Virus record (IMG/VR): IMGVR_UViG_3300033141_003735
Strand: one strand, 5' to 3'
Source of the DNA: a virus
DNA length: 50,972 nt
Shown: in pieces, positions 35,758 through 44,644 of the stretch
How positions within the stretch are numbered: the first letter of the stretch is position 1
How the letters are laid out: each line of letters opens with the position of its first letter
Position numbers and translations under genes: made by a program
Notes under the pieces: model-generated
The model's database searches: none
The model's input: the letters and a program-made list of their open reading frames with translations, nothing else
Told to the model about the DNA's origin: nothing

Positions 35758-36407
35758 GATGACCTCCTATAATGCCAGAGATTAACATCTATAAAATGCA
35801 TCAAAGGATTCAGATTATTAGGTATATTCAAACCCAAAAACCCAGTTAAGGCCTTTAGCTCAGTAATCCAGTCAGGACTAAAGTAATCATGGAAAAAGGT
35901 TTGTACCCATTTTGTCTTATCCAAATTCTCATATAGAGTTTTGACGTATAACCAGGAAAGATTTAAGCCATCTGCTATTTTAATTCCATTTCGCTTCTCT
36001 AAGCTTTGTGCTATTTCCTCAAAAGGTCTTGAGACTATAACAACCTTTATCTCTTCAGGAGAGACTACTTTTTTCCATACAGGCAAAGTAAAACAAGTGC
36101 GAGGATCTTTCCATCCAACAATTTTATCTTCTGGCCATTTGTCAATAAATTGTTTCATCTGGGTTATAAGCTTATCTGGCAAAACCTTTATTTCCTTTGG
36201 AGGCTTGTGTCCTCCGCCTCCACCATTACTGTTTAATCGGAATATTTCTTTATTTATTGCAAGAAATTCTAAGTCCTCAAAAAACCCTCTAGGGTTGTCC
36301 TTTCTGGGTGGCTTTAGGTTATTTCCTAAATAGAGGCCACACTTTTGAAGTAATCCCGTTACCATCGATGTTCCTGATCTGTGCATCCCTGCTATAAATA
36401 CTTTCAT
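35754..36407 (-). CDS. Sulfotransferase
   Basis: The 5'-PSB-like loop IAGMHRSGTSMV, the 3'-PB-like VVIVSRPFEEIAQSL, and the C-terminal FLGL motif. Confidence 0.6.
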   Translation of the reverse strand: MKVFIAGMHRSGTSMVTGLLQKCGLYLGNNLKPPRKDNPRGFFEDLEFLAINKEIFRLNSNGGGGGHKPPKEIKVLPDKLITQMKQFIDKWPEDKIVGWKDPRTCFTLPVWKKVVSPEEIKVVIVSRPFEEIAQSLEKRNGIKIADGLNLSWLYVKTLYENLDKTKWVQTFFHDYFSPDWITELKALTGFLGLNIPNNLNPLMHFIDVNLWHYRRSS

Positions 36408-37252
36408 TTTTGATTTACCAATTCCAAAAATTGGTTCGCAATCATTTTACTGTTATTGTTCTCAGCAATAAGATTCCTATTGAGCACTCCTTGATTTTGG
36501 TTATACTTTTCTGTTTCTTTGAGGAATACATCAATAGACTTAACCTCTATATGCTTATGCCGACCACTTAAATTATTTTGTCTGAACTTGAAAAATGTTT
36601 CGTCATCGACAAAACCATCCATAAGTTCCGATTTAGATCTCCCGCTGTTATTGCCACTTACGATAACGTTCTTCCCCATCGCCATTGCTTCATAAGCTCC
36701 CCTGCCTCTTGCCACTACTAAATCAGCTTCCTCTAAATACCGCCATACATATACAACAGGTGGGTTGCCTATTTCGATGACCCTAAAACCTCTTTCTACT
36801 AATCCACTTTTAAACTTAAACTTTCTGCGTCTATCGAAAAAAGCAATGGTTTTTAATTCCTCGCTACATCCTGAAAACGGGAACTCATCTAGATCAATGG
36901 GGTTTCTTATTACCCGATCAACAGGAAAACCCTGAGCCTTGCAGTTATCAGCAACCTCCTCTGAAACAGCCACATAAATATCAGCTCCTTTTACAGGCTG
37001 TTCCAATTGAGGCAGTATCCCGTGAGATATAAAAATTTTTACTCCCTTAAACCTTCTTGTGTCATGAAGGGCGACATTAGAATTACATAAAATCAAGTCA
37101 AAATCACTATCACTAGGATTATATCCAGGACAATGAGTTAAGAAGTGAACATCATGCCCCATCTTTCTTAAAGCAAAATACATACCTTTAGCCCAAGTCT
37201 GAACTCCACCAAAGAAATTCTCAAGTTCATAGAGTGCAATTAGTATCTTCAT
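36404..37252 (-). CDS. Glycosyltransferase, GT-B fold (GT1/GT4-like)
   Basis: MKILIALYELENFFGGVQTWAKGMYFALRKMGHDVHFLTH is a typical GT4 N-terminus. Confidence 0.55.
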   Translation of the reverse strand: MKILIALYELENFFGGVQTWAKGMYFALRKMGHDVHFLTHCPGYNPSDSDFDLILCNSNVALHDTRRFKGVKIFISHGILPQLEQPVKGADIYVAVSEEVADNCKAQGFPVDRVIRNPIDLDEFPFSGCSEELKTIAFFDRRRKFKFKSGLVERGFRVIEIGNPPVVYVWRYLEEADLVVARGRGAYEAMAMGKNVIVSGNNSGRSKSELMDGFVDDETFFKFRQNNLSGRHKHIEVKSIDVFLKETEKYNQNQGVLNRNLIAENNNSKMIANQFLELVNQK

Positions 37253-37992
37253 ACTCTTCTCTCAGCCCTTTTCTTGAGGTATAAATCTAGATTCCTTTTT
37301 CTCGTTTTTTGGTCTAAAACCTTTCCTCTTGTGGCCTCATGCTCATGCCAGACGAAACAATCTAAGGCTATGATTGTCTTGAACCCAGCCAATCTTGCCC
37401 TATCGTTATAATCATCATCCTCGCCTCCATTCAGGAATTCCTCATCCAAGAGGCCGATTGTGTTTATTACCACTCTGCTTACTGCCGTACAGAAATAAGA
37501 GATATTTGAATTTATTGAAATCCTCTCGGGTTCCAAACTGCTAAAATATTTATCAGGCTCTTTGGGAATTGGCCGCCTCAAATATCTCATAAGCCTTCCG
37601 TATTGCTGATTAGAACCGCATTTATTTGTTACGGCTCCGATGATTCCGATTTTTTCGTTGACTCCAAAACCGTGTATCAACCTTCTCAACCATCCTTTGG
37701 TAACTACAACATCATTATTCAAAAATATGATCGGGTCTGACTCCGATATTTTAATCCCAATATTTATGGCTTTGGCAAATCCTTTGTTTTCTTCCGTTCG
37801 ATATGCCACATGGTCAATTCCCCATTCTTTTAATTCGCTTGAAACCTTTTGGTATTCGGGCGTCATCGATCCATCATCTATCCAGATTATCCGATAGGGA
37901 ACGACGGTATTCTTTTCAATGCTTCTCAGACATCGAATCGTGTAATCCGAATTGTTATAAGTCGGGATTATGATATCTATTAAATTAGGCAT
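37249..37992 (-). CDS. Glycosyltransferase family 2
   Basis: IDIIIPTYNNSDYTIRCLRSIEKNT...IIWIDDGS...GEDDD. Confidence 0.7.
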   Translation of the reverse strand: MPNLIDIIIPTYNNSDYTIRCLRSIEKNTVVPYRIIWIDDGSMTPEYQKVSSELKEWGIDHVAYRTEENKGFAKAINIGIKISESDPIIFLNNDVVVTKGWLRRLIHGFGVNEKIGIIGAVTNKCGSNQQYGRLMRYLRRPIPKEPDKYFSSLEPERISINSNISYFCTAVSRVVINTIGLLDEEFLNGGEDDDYNDRARLAGFKTIIALDCFVWHEHEATRGKVLDQKTRKRNLDLYLKKRAERRV

Positions 37993-38560
37993 GTTCCTTC
38001 TCTCCCTTACCTCGCCCCTGTTTCTTCTGTGTCTTAGCAACTACACGATCGAGCCAGAGGTGGTTTTTTGTCTTCTTATAGCATGCAGAAATAAAACTAA
38101 AATCCCCTCCCACTCCAGCCTGGGTAGGCTTTCCAAACTCATGAATATTAGCCATCCATACGTCTCTTCTTACCGCAAAGCAAAAGGATGCGATAAGAGC
38201 AAATTTAGGAGCCTTACCCCAAATATTTGGTTTTGGATAAATCCAATGTTCATTTATTATGCCTTTAAAAAAAACAATTTCAGGCTCAATCAATTCTGTT
38301 TCTTTCTTAATTGTCTTAACGAAATCTCGATCTATTAACATATCATCATCGTCAAGAACCATGACATATCGTGCTTCTATATGCTTAATTTTTTCCATTG
38401 CCAGATTAGCCCTCGGGACCCCATAACCTACTTCAGTCTTATCATCCCAATGGAGGATGTGGATATAATCATCACATGTTTGTTCTTTCACGGATTCTCT
38501 GCAGACTCTTAACATGTTTGGCCTTCTAGGGTGCACGCGAGTTATAAAAGCTATACCCAC
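37985..38560 (-). CDS. GT-A fold glycosyltransferase-like protein
   Basis: IAFITRVHPRRPNML...VMVLDDDDMLID contains a DxD motif. Confidence 0.5.
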   Translation of the reverse strand: MGIAFITRVHPRRPNMLRVCRESVKEQTCDDYIHILHWDDKTEVGYGVPRANLAMEKIKHIEARYVMVLDDDDMLIDRDFVKTIKKETELIEPEIVFFKGIINEHWIYPKPNIWGKAPKFALIASFCFAVRRDVWMANIHEFGKPTQAGVGGDFSFISACYKKTKNHLWLDRVVAKTQKKQGRGKGEKEHA

Positions 38561-39264
38561 CTCCGTTCTATTTCTGGTTGATGTCGTCTTTTTCTCTCGT
38601 TCCTAGTTCCTCTTGTATCATGTCTTATATATTCTTTAGGTTTTCCTTTCCAACCGAAGCCCTTGCCTGCTGTATGTCCTAATCCAGGGAACTCTTTTAA
38701 AATTTTATCCGATAGACCTCTCTTGTAAATATCACGCATTGTCAAATAGCAAGGAGCTCCATGATGCACATAAGGATGGTACTTTTTATAGTTCTGGATG
38801 TTTATCAGCTGAAAATAAGGGTGAAGATACGGCATTGATTCTTGTCCCTTGTGTTGAGGTTTCACCCCATAGTCATAGCCATCCAATGCAGTTCTTTGTA
38901 TAAAGCCAACGCCAAAAGTATCCTCTTCCATCATTTCAAGCATTCGACTGACAGGAGATTTTAACATCTCTATATCTGAATCGAATATCAAAGCATATTT
39001 CGTCTTGGCTTTTTTGATTCCCAAATCCATGCCTCTCCCATGACCGATATTATAGCCGAGTGAGATAACGGTCGTTTTACTGGAAGCAAGGGTCTTGACA
39101 TAAGAGGCACATGGATCCCCTGGGTCAGAACCGTCAATAATAATAATCGGCATGTCCGGATGGAATTTTCTTACGGAAGTGTAAGCCCGTTCTATTAGCC
39201 TCTTTGTATTATGGCAAACTGTAATTCCTGTTACATCAACCAAAGTAGTCCCCACAATTTTCAT
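38551..39264 (-). CDS. GT-A fold glycosyltransferase-like protein
   Basis: ITVCHNTKRLIERAYTSVRKFHPDMPIIIIDGSD...LIFDSDIEM. Confidence 0.5.
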   Translation of the reverse strand: MKIVGTTLVDVTGITVCHNTKRLIERAYTSVRKFHPDMPIIIIDGSDPGDPCASYVKTLASSKTTVISLGYNIGHGRGMDLGIKKAKTKYALIFDSDIEMLKSPVSRMLEMMEEDTFGVGFIQRTALDGYDYGVKPQHKGQESMPYLHPYFQLINIQNYKKYHPYVHHGAPCYLTMRDIYKRGLSDKILKEFPGLGHTAGKGFGWKGKPKEYIRHDTRGTRNERKRRHQPEIERRWV

Positions 39265-39961
39265 TTGTTAATTTACCTTCGATTATATCCATATAAATAC
39301 GATAGTCCTCGGGCACCCATTTCTTTAGCTTTAATCGAGACGTGTCAGGAGGGTATTTTTTATACAGTGACAAGTCATGACCTCTCCCAATACCCCTGCG
39401 CCCAGGCAACCCTTTTATTCCTAAGTATAATGGATTTTTATCAGAGTCAGTAAAGATAAATCCATTAGCCGCTCTCCACAAAAGAGTATCAATATATACA
39501 TTACCCTGACTTAGTAATCCCTTAAATTTTGGTAAAAAAGAACGCCTGAATCCTGTCTCAGCAAGCGAGGCGTGTCTCATATTCCCAATCGTAAAATTAC
39601 CACCAGACGGCAGATGGTAATATTTGCTGTTTCCAATGCCAACGACTTCGTGCCTTGAAAGATGTTTGGACATAACCTGAATATAATAGGGGCTATAATA
39701 CTCATCGTCCTCCATTATCAGAATCTTATCCCCTTTGATATGAGGTAAGGCACATTTAAGATTTTCTATAAGAGTAAATTGAGGGTCGCTTTTTTTTGGT
39801 TCTCTCCGAATATAATCAAAGCTTTTAGTTTTTGTTAAAGGTTTTATTCCATCATCGACAACGACCCATTGGTCTGCTTTTAGAACTTGATGTTTCATCC
39901 ATCGCCTGCATAAGGCAAATGCTAATGGTCTATCACCCGTAGGTGTAACTGCTGTTATCAT
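39236..39961 (-). CDS. GT-A fold glycosyltransferase-like protein
   Basis: ITAVTPTGDRPLAF...WVVVDDG...ILIMEDDEYY. Confidence 0.5.
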   Translation of the reverse strand: MITAVTPTGDRPLAFALCRRWMKHQVLKADQWVVVDDGIKPLTKTKSFDYIRREPKKSDPQFTLIENLKCALPHIKGDKILIMEDDEYYSPYYIQVMSKHLSRHEVVGIGNSKYYHLPSGGNFTIGNMRHASLAETGFRRSFLPKFKGLLSQGNVYIDTLLWRAANGFIFTDSDKNPLYLGIKGLPGRRGIGRGHDLSLYKKYPPDTSRLKLKKWVPEDYRIYMDIIEGKLTNENCGDYFG

Positions 39962-40721
39962 ATTCTAAATATTTCCTTTGCTGTTTTAATGGAATATGCC
40001 TTAAGGGCTGTCTGATCAGGACTCCGGACTACTACATTTATGACCTCGATTCCTAGCTTTTCGAGCTGAGGCTTAGCTTTCCCAAAACTTGCCCTGAAAT
40101 TAACAAGGACTTTAGCCGGCTGTTTTTTAGGATGCCCGCTATGAAAATGCCTTTTCCCGTCCGATTCTTTCAAATCAAACCCCAAAAGATAAATAGGATT
40201 GGCACCCAAGCATACAGCAATATTCATAGCCCCATAACCTGAATTATTCCCATGACCTATGCCTAGCTTTAGACTGGGGGATATAGCGTAATAAGCCTTT
40301 GAATAATTCTTATAATCTTTAACTATATAGACGTATGAGGGAAACGTCCGACCTGGAGTCCAGCGCCAGACCTTTAAAGCCTTACTGTTAAGGAATTTCT
40401 CTTTGGCCTGCTTCCCATAACTCTCCTCTATTACAGTCCACTTGAAAAACCTCTTATCCATTGAGTAGATGATATCAGGGTCATGCCATTCGTAAACACT
40501 CCAATGGTAAGCCTGCCATTAAGAAGATTCCAATCGAACTCCTCAAGACTTGGGCCTCCACCTATCACAACACAAGGATTTCCTTTCCAGCTTCCATCGG
40601 GTAATACTTCCCAAAGAAATTTGTTTTGAGGCTTATCGCTTTCCCTTTGAGATCTCATTCTCATGGCTTCCTGAGTAGCAAAAAACATCAGCCTAAGGGG
40701 ACAAAATGTCGAATCCGTCAT
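39958..40721 (-). pseudogene. DUF115 / Maf-like (MptE-like) glycosyltransferase gene split by a -1 frame break near 40491..40499
   Basis: N-terminal ORF has PCVVIGGGPSLEEFDWNLLNGRLTIGV. The -1 frame continues YEWHDPDIIYSMDKRFFKW...GHGNNSGYGAMNIAVCLGANPIYLLGFDL. Confidence 0.55.
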
Positions 40722-41331
40722 CTATATAGTGTTTGAGGATTATATCAGCTTCCATGACTCCTGAAAGCACGGGGATGGTCTCCTCTGTATCTCCTCTATC
40801 ATATGAGTATTTTCCAATTTTTTCGGATTTAAAGAGAGTCTTAGTGTAGGTGCCAGGATCATTTTCTTCTTCTATAAGAATTTTGCATGCTTTTTTTATG
40901 GGCTCTGGAACAGTTTGACCGTACTTCCCTGTAATACAGATATTATTCAGGCCTCGTGGGAAGAGATTATCGCCTAAAGAAGTCGTGGTTAGAATATAGG
41001 TAAGCTCTGGATCCCCCACTCCAGCCCCTGATACGCCACAATCCAGGTAGATCGAATGCTCATCATAAGTATAAAAATCCTCGGGCAGAGTGACCCCGCA
41101 AATCTTAACACTTGAGATGCTCAGGATACTCTCAGTTATGGGGGGGTGAATGCGATTTTTACCATTACCGTCCATACACAGGTCAAGGTCTTTTTCGTAG
41201 AAATGGGTATTAGTGACCTTTTCTATAATCTGTTCTTTCTCGGCTATTATAGCTTTCTTTTCTTCCTCAGTAGTCCCAGATGGCCAATCAATTTCTTCAG
41301 GTGTTATATAGTTTCCCATTTTGATTATCAT
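40693..41331 (-). CDS. Head-tail connector (gp6-like) protein
   Basis: YITPEEI...THFYEKDLDLCMDGNGKNRIHPPITESILSISSVKICGVTL resembles connector/adaptor family proteins; sits after the capsid genes. Confidence 0.45.
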   Translation of the reverse strand: MIIKMGNYITPEEIDWPSGTTEEEKKAIIAEKEQIIEKVTNTHFYEKDLDLCMDGNGKNRIHPPITESILSISSVKICGVTLPEDFYTYDEHSIYLDCGVSGAGVGDPELTYILTTTSLGDNLFPRGLNNICITGKYGQTVPEPIKKACKILIEEENDPGTYTKTLFKSEKIGKYSYDRGDTEETIPVLSGVMEADIILKHYIDDGFDILSP

Positions 41332-41335
41332 GAAA

Positions 41336-41371
41336 GTCAGAGCAGACCGTGTGTAACCAGTCTGCTCTGAC
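41336..41371 (-). terminator. Perfect 12-bp hairpin (gtcagagcagac / gtctgctctgac, 12-nt loop) between the capsid block and the connector gene
   Basis: Arms read at 41336..41347 and 41360..41371. Only U3 follows on the minus strand. The hairpin ends 4 nt before the ATG at 41331. Confidence 0.45.
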
Positions 41372-41395
41372 CCTATCTAGCCTAGACCTTTGGTT

Positions 41396-42178
41396 CTATT
41401 CGATAACTCTTTTTTGTGATATCTTAACGTAATCAACGCTTAGGGTTTTAGCCTTAGCCTCTCCAGCTCGGATACCGAATCCGAGCGTAAGTTCTTCGTC
41501 TTGGACTATGTAAGTCGTCACCGTGCCTGTTGCTAGAATCGTCTGTGGAAAGTCTCCGTCTTCTATTACAAACCAGCGGATATTGCCCTTGCCATCCCAG
41601 TGTATACCCAGCCTATACCAGGTATCATCGACCAAGTCTTGTGTCGTGTCCGTATCATTCCCGGCACCATTAAGAGCATTTGCAAAGTCAAGATTGTTAT
41701 CCCCATCATCCTTTTTGAACACAACATAATCATTAGGCGGCCCCGCAAAGTATCCGGCTGTTCCGGTTATTAAGCCAAACCAGAAATCGGTTTCCTTTGC
41801 ATCAGAGAGCTTGAATCTTAGTTCAGCATAAAGCGGATAGTTATCTACCAGCTTCCAGCATTCGCATTGCTGCACCAATTCACCGCTGTCATCATCATCG
41901 CCCTCAGTCACGATCTGCAAAATACCGTTTACCTTATCTGCACAAGCAAGGGTTTCAACACCAGAATCACTTGGCGACTGAATCAGATCCCAGCTGTAAG
42001 TTACATCAGGAAGGCTGCAGAAATCTTCAGCAAACCTATGTGCGTCTATGACATCAATGACGTCCTTAAGAAAAACCATCTTATCATGCTGGATGTGAAG
42101 GTTATGGGTGAGGAAATCACGCCATAACAACTCAGGCTGATGGGCATCATCGTTATCTAATACTTTAGGATATTCCAT
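41396..42178 (-). CDS. Capsid-associated protein with concanavalin-A/LamG-like jelly-roll features (decoration candidate)
   Basis: 260 aa downstream of the major capsid gene; segments PLYAELRFKLSD...FWFGL...DTWYRLGIHWDGKGNIRWFV. Confidence 0.4.
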   Translation of the reverse strand: MEYPKVLDNDDAHQPELLWRDFLTHNLHIQHDKMVFLKDVIDVIDAHRFAEDFCSLPDVTYSWDLIQSPSDSGVETLACADKVNGILQIVTEGDDDDSGELVQQCECWKLVDNYPLYAELRFKLSDAKETDFWFGLITGTAGYFAGPPNDYVVFKKDDGDNNLDFANALNGAGNDTDTTQDLVDDTWYRLGIHWDGKGNIRWFVIEDGDFPQTILATGTVTTYIVQDEELTLGFGIRAGEAKAKTLSVDYVKISQKRVIE

Positions 42179-42180
42179 TT

Positions 42181-42393
42181 TTATTCCTCCAATTTTTTGA
42201 CGAGCTCAGACTTTTTCATTTTACCAAAGCCAACTTCTTCTTTGATTTCTATAAACGGGTAAGCCCGAATAGCTTTGACTACCTCTTCATCGTTTATGGA
42301 AACAGGCCTGCCCTTTGGGAGAGAAACCTCTCCTAGAGGCGTAGGAATAGCTCGTCTAAATCCATGATTTATTACAACGGTCATTTTTAGCAT
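42181..42393 (-). CDS. Small head-module protein
   Basis: 70 aa, overlaps the capsid gene stop; C-terminal KMKKSELVKKLEE is HeH-like. Confidence 0.35.
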   Translation of the reverse strand: MLKMTVVINHGFRRAIPTPLGEVSLPKGRPVSINDEEVVKAIRAYPFIEIKEEVGFGKMKKSELVKKLEE

Positions 42394-43484
42394 CCGTGCT
42401 CAAGGCATCTCAACAACACGCAAGCATTTACATTCTCTATGGTGCATCCAGTTTTAATAGAATAGAACACGTAGGTGGCTTCATCGGCTGCTTCTCTCTG
42501 GCTCTCAATTCTTATCTCTCTCTGCATTCCGATAATAAGATTATCCTTAGGGGTCAGAAGAACATCCGTGTACTCACCAGCTCCAACTTTACCGTCTTCA
42601 CCTGCATCAGGGTCTCCAAGAGTAGTGGGCATGAGCGGCACGTCAATAATTCCAACTTTGCCATAGGAGGTTGGGACTTTCCCTTGTAGTACCGCATCGC
42701 CAAGAGCAGTGCCTCTGCTCTGCAAGGCTTCAATGTAATCCTGGGACACTAGGTCTGAGTTCAGAAACCTCATCTTCTCAAGGCCATTATTAGCCTTGTA
42801 TATAGAAGGCATGTTCTTGACCATCTGATGATACTTGAACTCCCATCTATACTCATCCTTTAGATACTCAGCGATCTCTCCAGCCTTTTCAAATTCTGAT
42901 CCAGATTCACCACCATCACAGGCATCCTTTATGTGAGCTCCACCCGATACGTCGTTGTAATACTGCTCTCCTGCTTGGGAGTGGGTGATTATGTACCGCC
43001 AGCCATCGAACAGGCTCTTGATATCATCAGCAGGCCAGTTGTTATTTCCGCCGCTTGACTCAGCCATGTAATAAGCCAACTCCAACTGATTAGCTATTTT
43101 AGCTGTGACTATCTTCATAAGATGGTCTTTAAACTTAGCACCCTCAATATTTTCTTCTAAGTCATCATCAAATACAACGACTGCACCTCTCATCTTGTGG
43201 GTATCCAGCGTAATTTTATTCTGGCCGAATTTCTTTTTGTATTTACTCTCATTAAAAACTCCTGCGGGGTAGAGGAAATCTCCATCACCAAAACCAATAG
43301 CTCTTATGAAAGCAGAAGGCTTATTCATTTTTTTAACTCGAGCAAAGTTCTTCATGGCAGTTTGGTCGACCACATAATCTATGAACTGGTCTGATTCCTC
43401 CGGAGTCAAGTCTATACCCGGCATGCTGATAAGATTGTATTTGTTAACCCTGATTCTTTCTAATAGTTTTTTACTGTCCTTCAT
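42387..43484 (-). CDS. Major capsid protein
   Basis: 365 aa, directly after the scaffold gene; call rests on size and position. Confidence 0.6.
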   Translation of the reverse strand: MKDSKKLLERIRVNKYNLISMPGIDLTPEESDQFIDYVVDQTAMKNFARVKKMNKPSAFIRAIGFGDGDFLYPAGVFNESKYKKKFGQNKITLDTHKMRGAVVVFDDDLEENIEGAKFKDHLMKIVTAKIANQLELAYYMAESSGGNNNWPADDIKSLFDGWRYIITHSQAGEQYYNDVSGGAHIKDACDGGESGSEFEKAGEIAEYLKDEYRWEFKYHQMVKNMPSIYKANNGLEKMRFLNSDLVSQDYIEALQSRGTALGDAVLQGKVPTSYGKVGIIDVPLMPTTLGDPDAGEDGKVGAGEYTDVLLTPKDNLIIGMQREIRIESQREAADEATYVFYSIKTGCTIENVNACVLLRCLEHGC

Positions 43485-43506
43485 TTTAAGTTTCTCCTTT
43501 TTAACT

Positions 43507-44239
43507 TCATCCTAAAGAAGGCCATTTATCCCCTTCGTTTTTTTTCATGTCATCATCATCGTCATTATCTTGGTCGTCTAAGGATTTCTTTTTAGCCAAT
43601 TTCTTTTTAAGCTGAGCATTTTCTTCTTCCAGTTTTTCTACTCTCTTTTTTTCTTCCTCTTCCTTTTCCTTTTTGAGCTTCTCATATTCATCCAGTTTCT
43701 TTTTTATGTCTTCAGGGAGCTTATCTCTGCCGTCAGCTTTTTCTTTTTTCTCCTTGGTTCCAATAAGATTATCTATCATTTCTCTAATCTTTTGTAGCTG
43801 AGCTATTGTGGCTTTAGAAAGTGCCCTTCCGGCTTTTTCGATCGCCTCTTTTGTTAGGTTCTCCATATCAAATTTAGCTACTTTTCCAGTATCTGATTTT
43901 TCCGGATATCCATAAGAGACGTATTTGGAATTCAATGCCCCTTTAAGCTCAGCAGTGAAATCATCCTTGTATTTGGATAATATCTTATAAGCCCCTTTAA
44001 GAGCTGTCATAGCTTTCTCCGGGAGCTTCTCTGCTTTCTCCAGCATAGCCAGGATCTCTTCATCTTCTTCAAGTGCTTCTTTTATCTCCTCGTCTTCCAT
44101 AAACTTTTTAAGGTCTACCTTGTTAGAACCAGCCTTCTCCTCAAAAAACTTTTGAATTACTTCGATACTTTTTTTTATTGGCGGGCTTATCCACAATGCT
44201 TATTTCGTCTATCGAAATATTTTTAATCCAGCGTGGCAT
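43507..44239 (-). CDS. Scaffolding protein. The N-terminus is encoded from ATG 44239 in another frame and joins across an 8-nt homopolymer.
   Basis: K/E-rich coiled coil. GGAGG-ATG at 44239 gives MPRWIKNISIDEISIVDKPANKK, which continues as SIEVIQKFFEEK only after a +1 shift in the run at 44169..44176. Confidence 0.6.
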
Positions 44240-44451
44240 AATAACCTCCAATAAAAAAGTTCCAGTCTTTAAATATTGTTAGGGATCTCTGGTAGGAGCA
44301 TCCAAAACTTAAGGGCATCGAACAGCCTTGGACGCCTGAGCGTGATTAAACACTAATCACCTCAACCTTCAAGCTGAGGATCCATTTATCACTAATAAAA
44401 TATAAAATCTATAATCAAATGTCAAGTTTATTAAAATCAAAAAAATAATTT

Positions 44452-44481
44452 TTGACATAGCCTAGTGATATGTAATATAAT
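44452..44481 (+). promoter_or_regulatory. Sigma-70-type promoter (TTGACA-18-TATAAT) for the plus-strand cassette
   Basis: TTGACA at 44452..44457 and TATAAT at 44476..44481. Confidence 0.6.
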
Positions 44482-44500
44482 GTAATATGGTGATAAAAAA

Positions 44501-44644
44501 ATGAAAAAAATTATTTTTAATTTCCGTATTGAGGTAGATGTATTAAACAAATTAAAAAAGCTAGGCAAGGAAAAAGACAGAAGCATAGGTTATTTAATAA
44601 GGAAAGCTGTTCATGAATACCTCAAAGAGAATAGAAAAGTATAA
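44501..44644 (+). CDS. Ribbon-helix-helix (CopG/Arc-like) small protein
   Basis: My translation: MKKIIFNFRIEVDVLNKLKKLGKEKDRSIGYLIRKAVHEYLKENRKV. Confidence 0.55.
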   Translation: MKKIIFNFRIEVDVLNKLKKLGKEKDRSIGYLIRKAVHEYLKENRKV

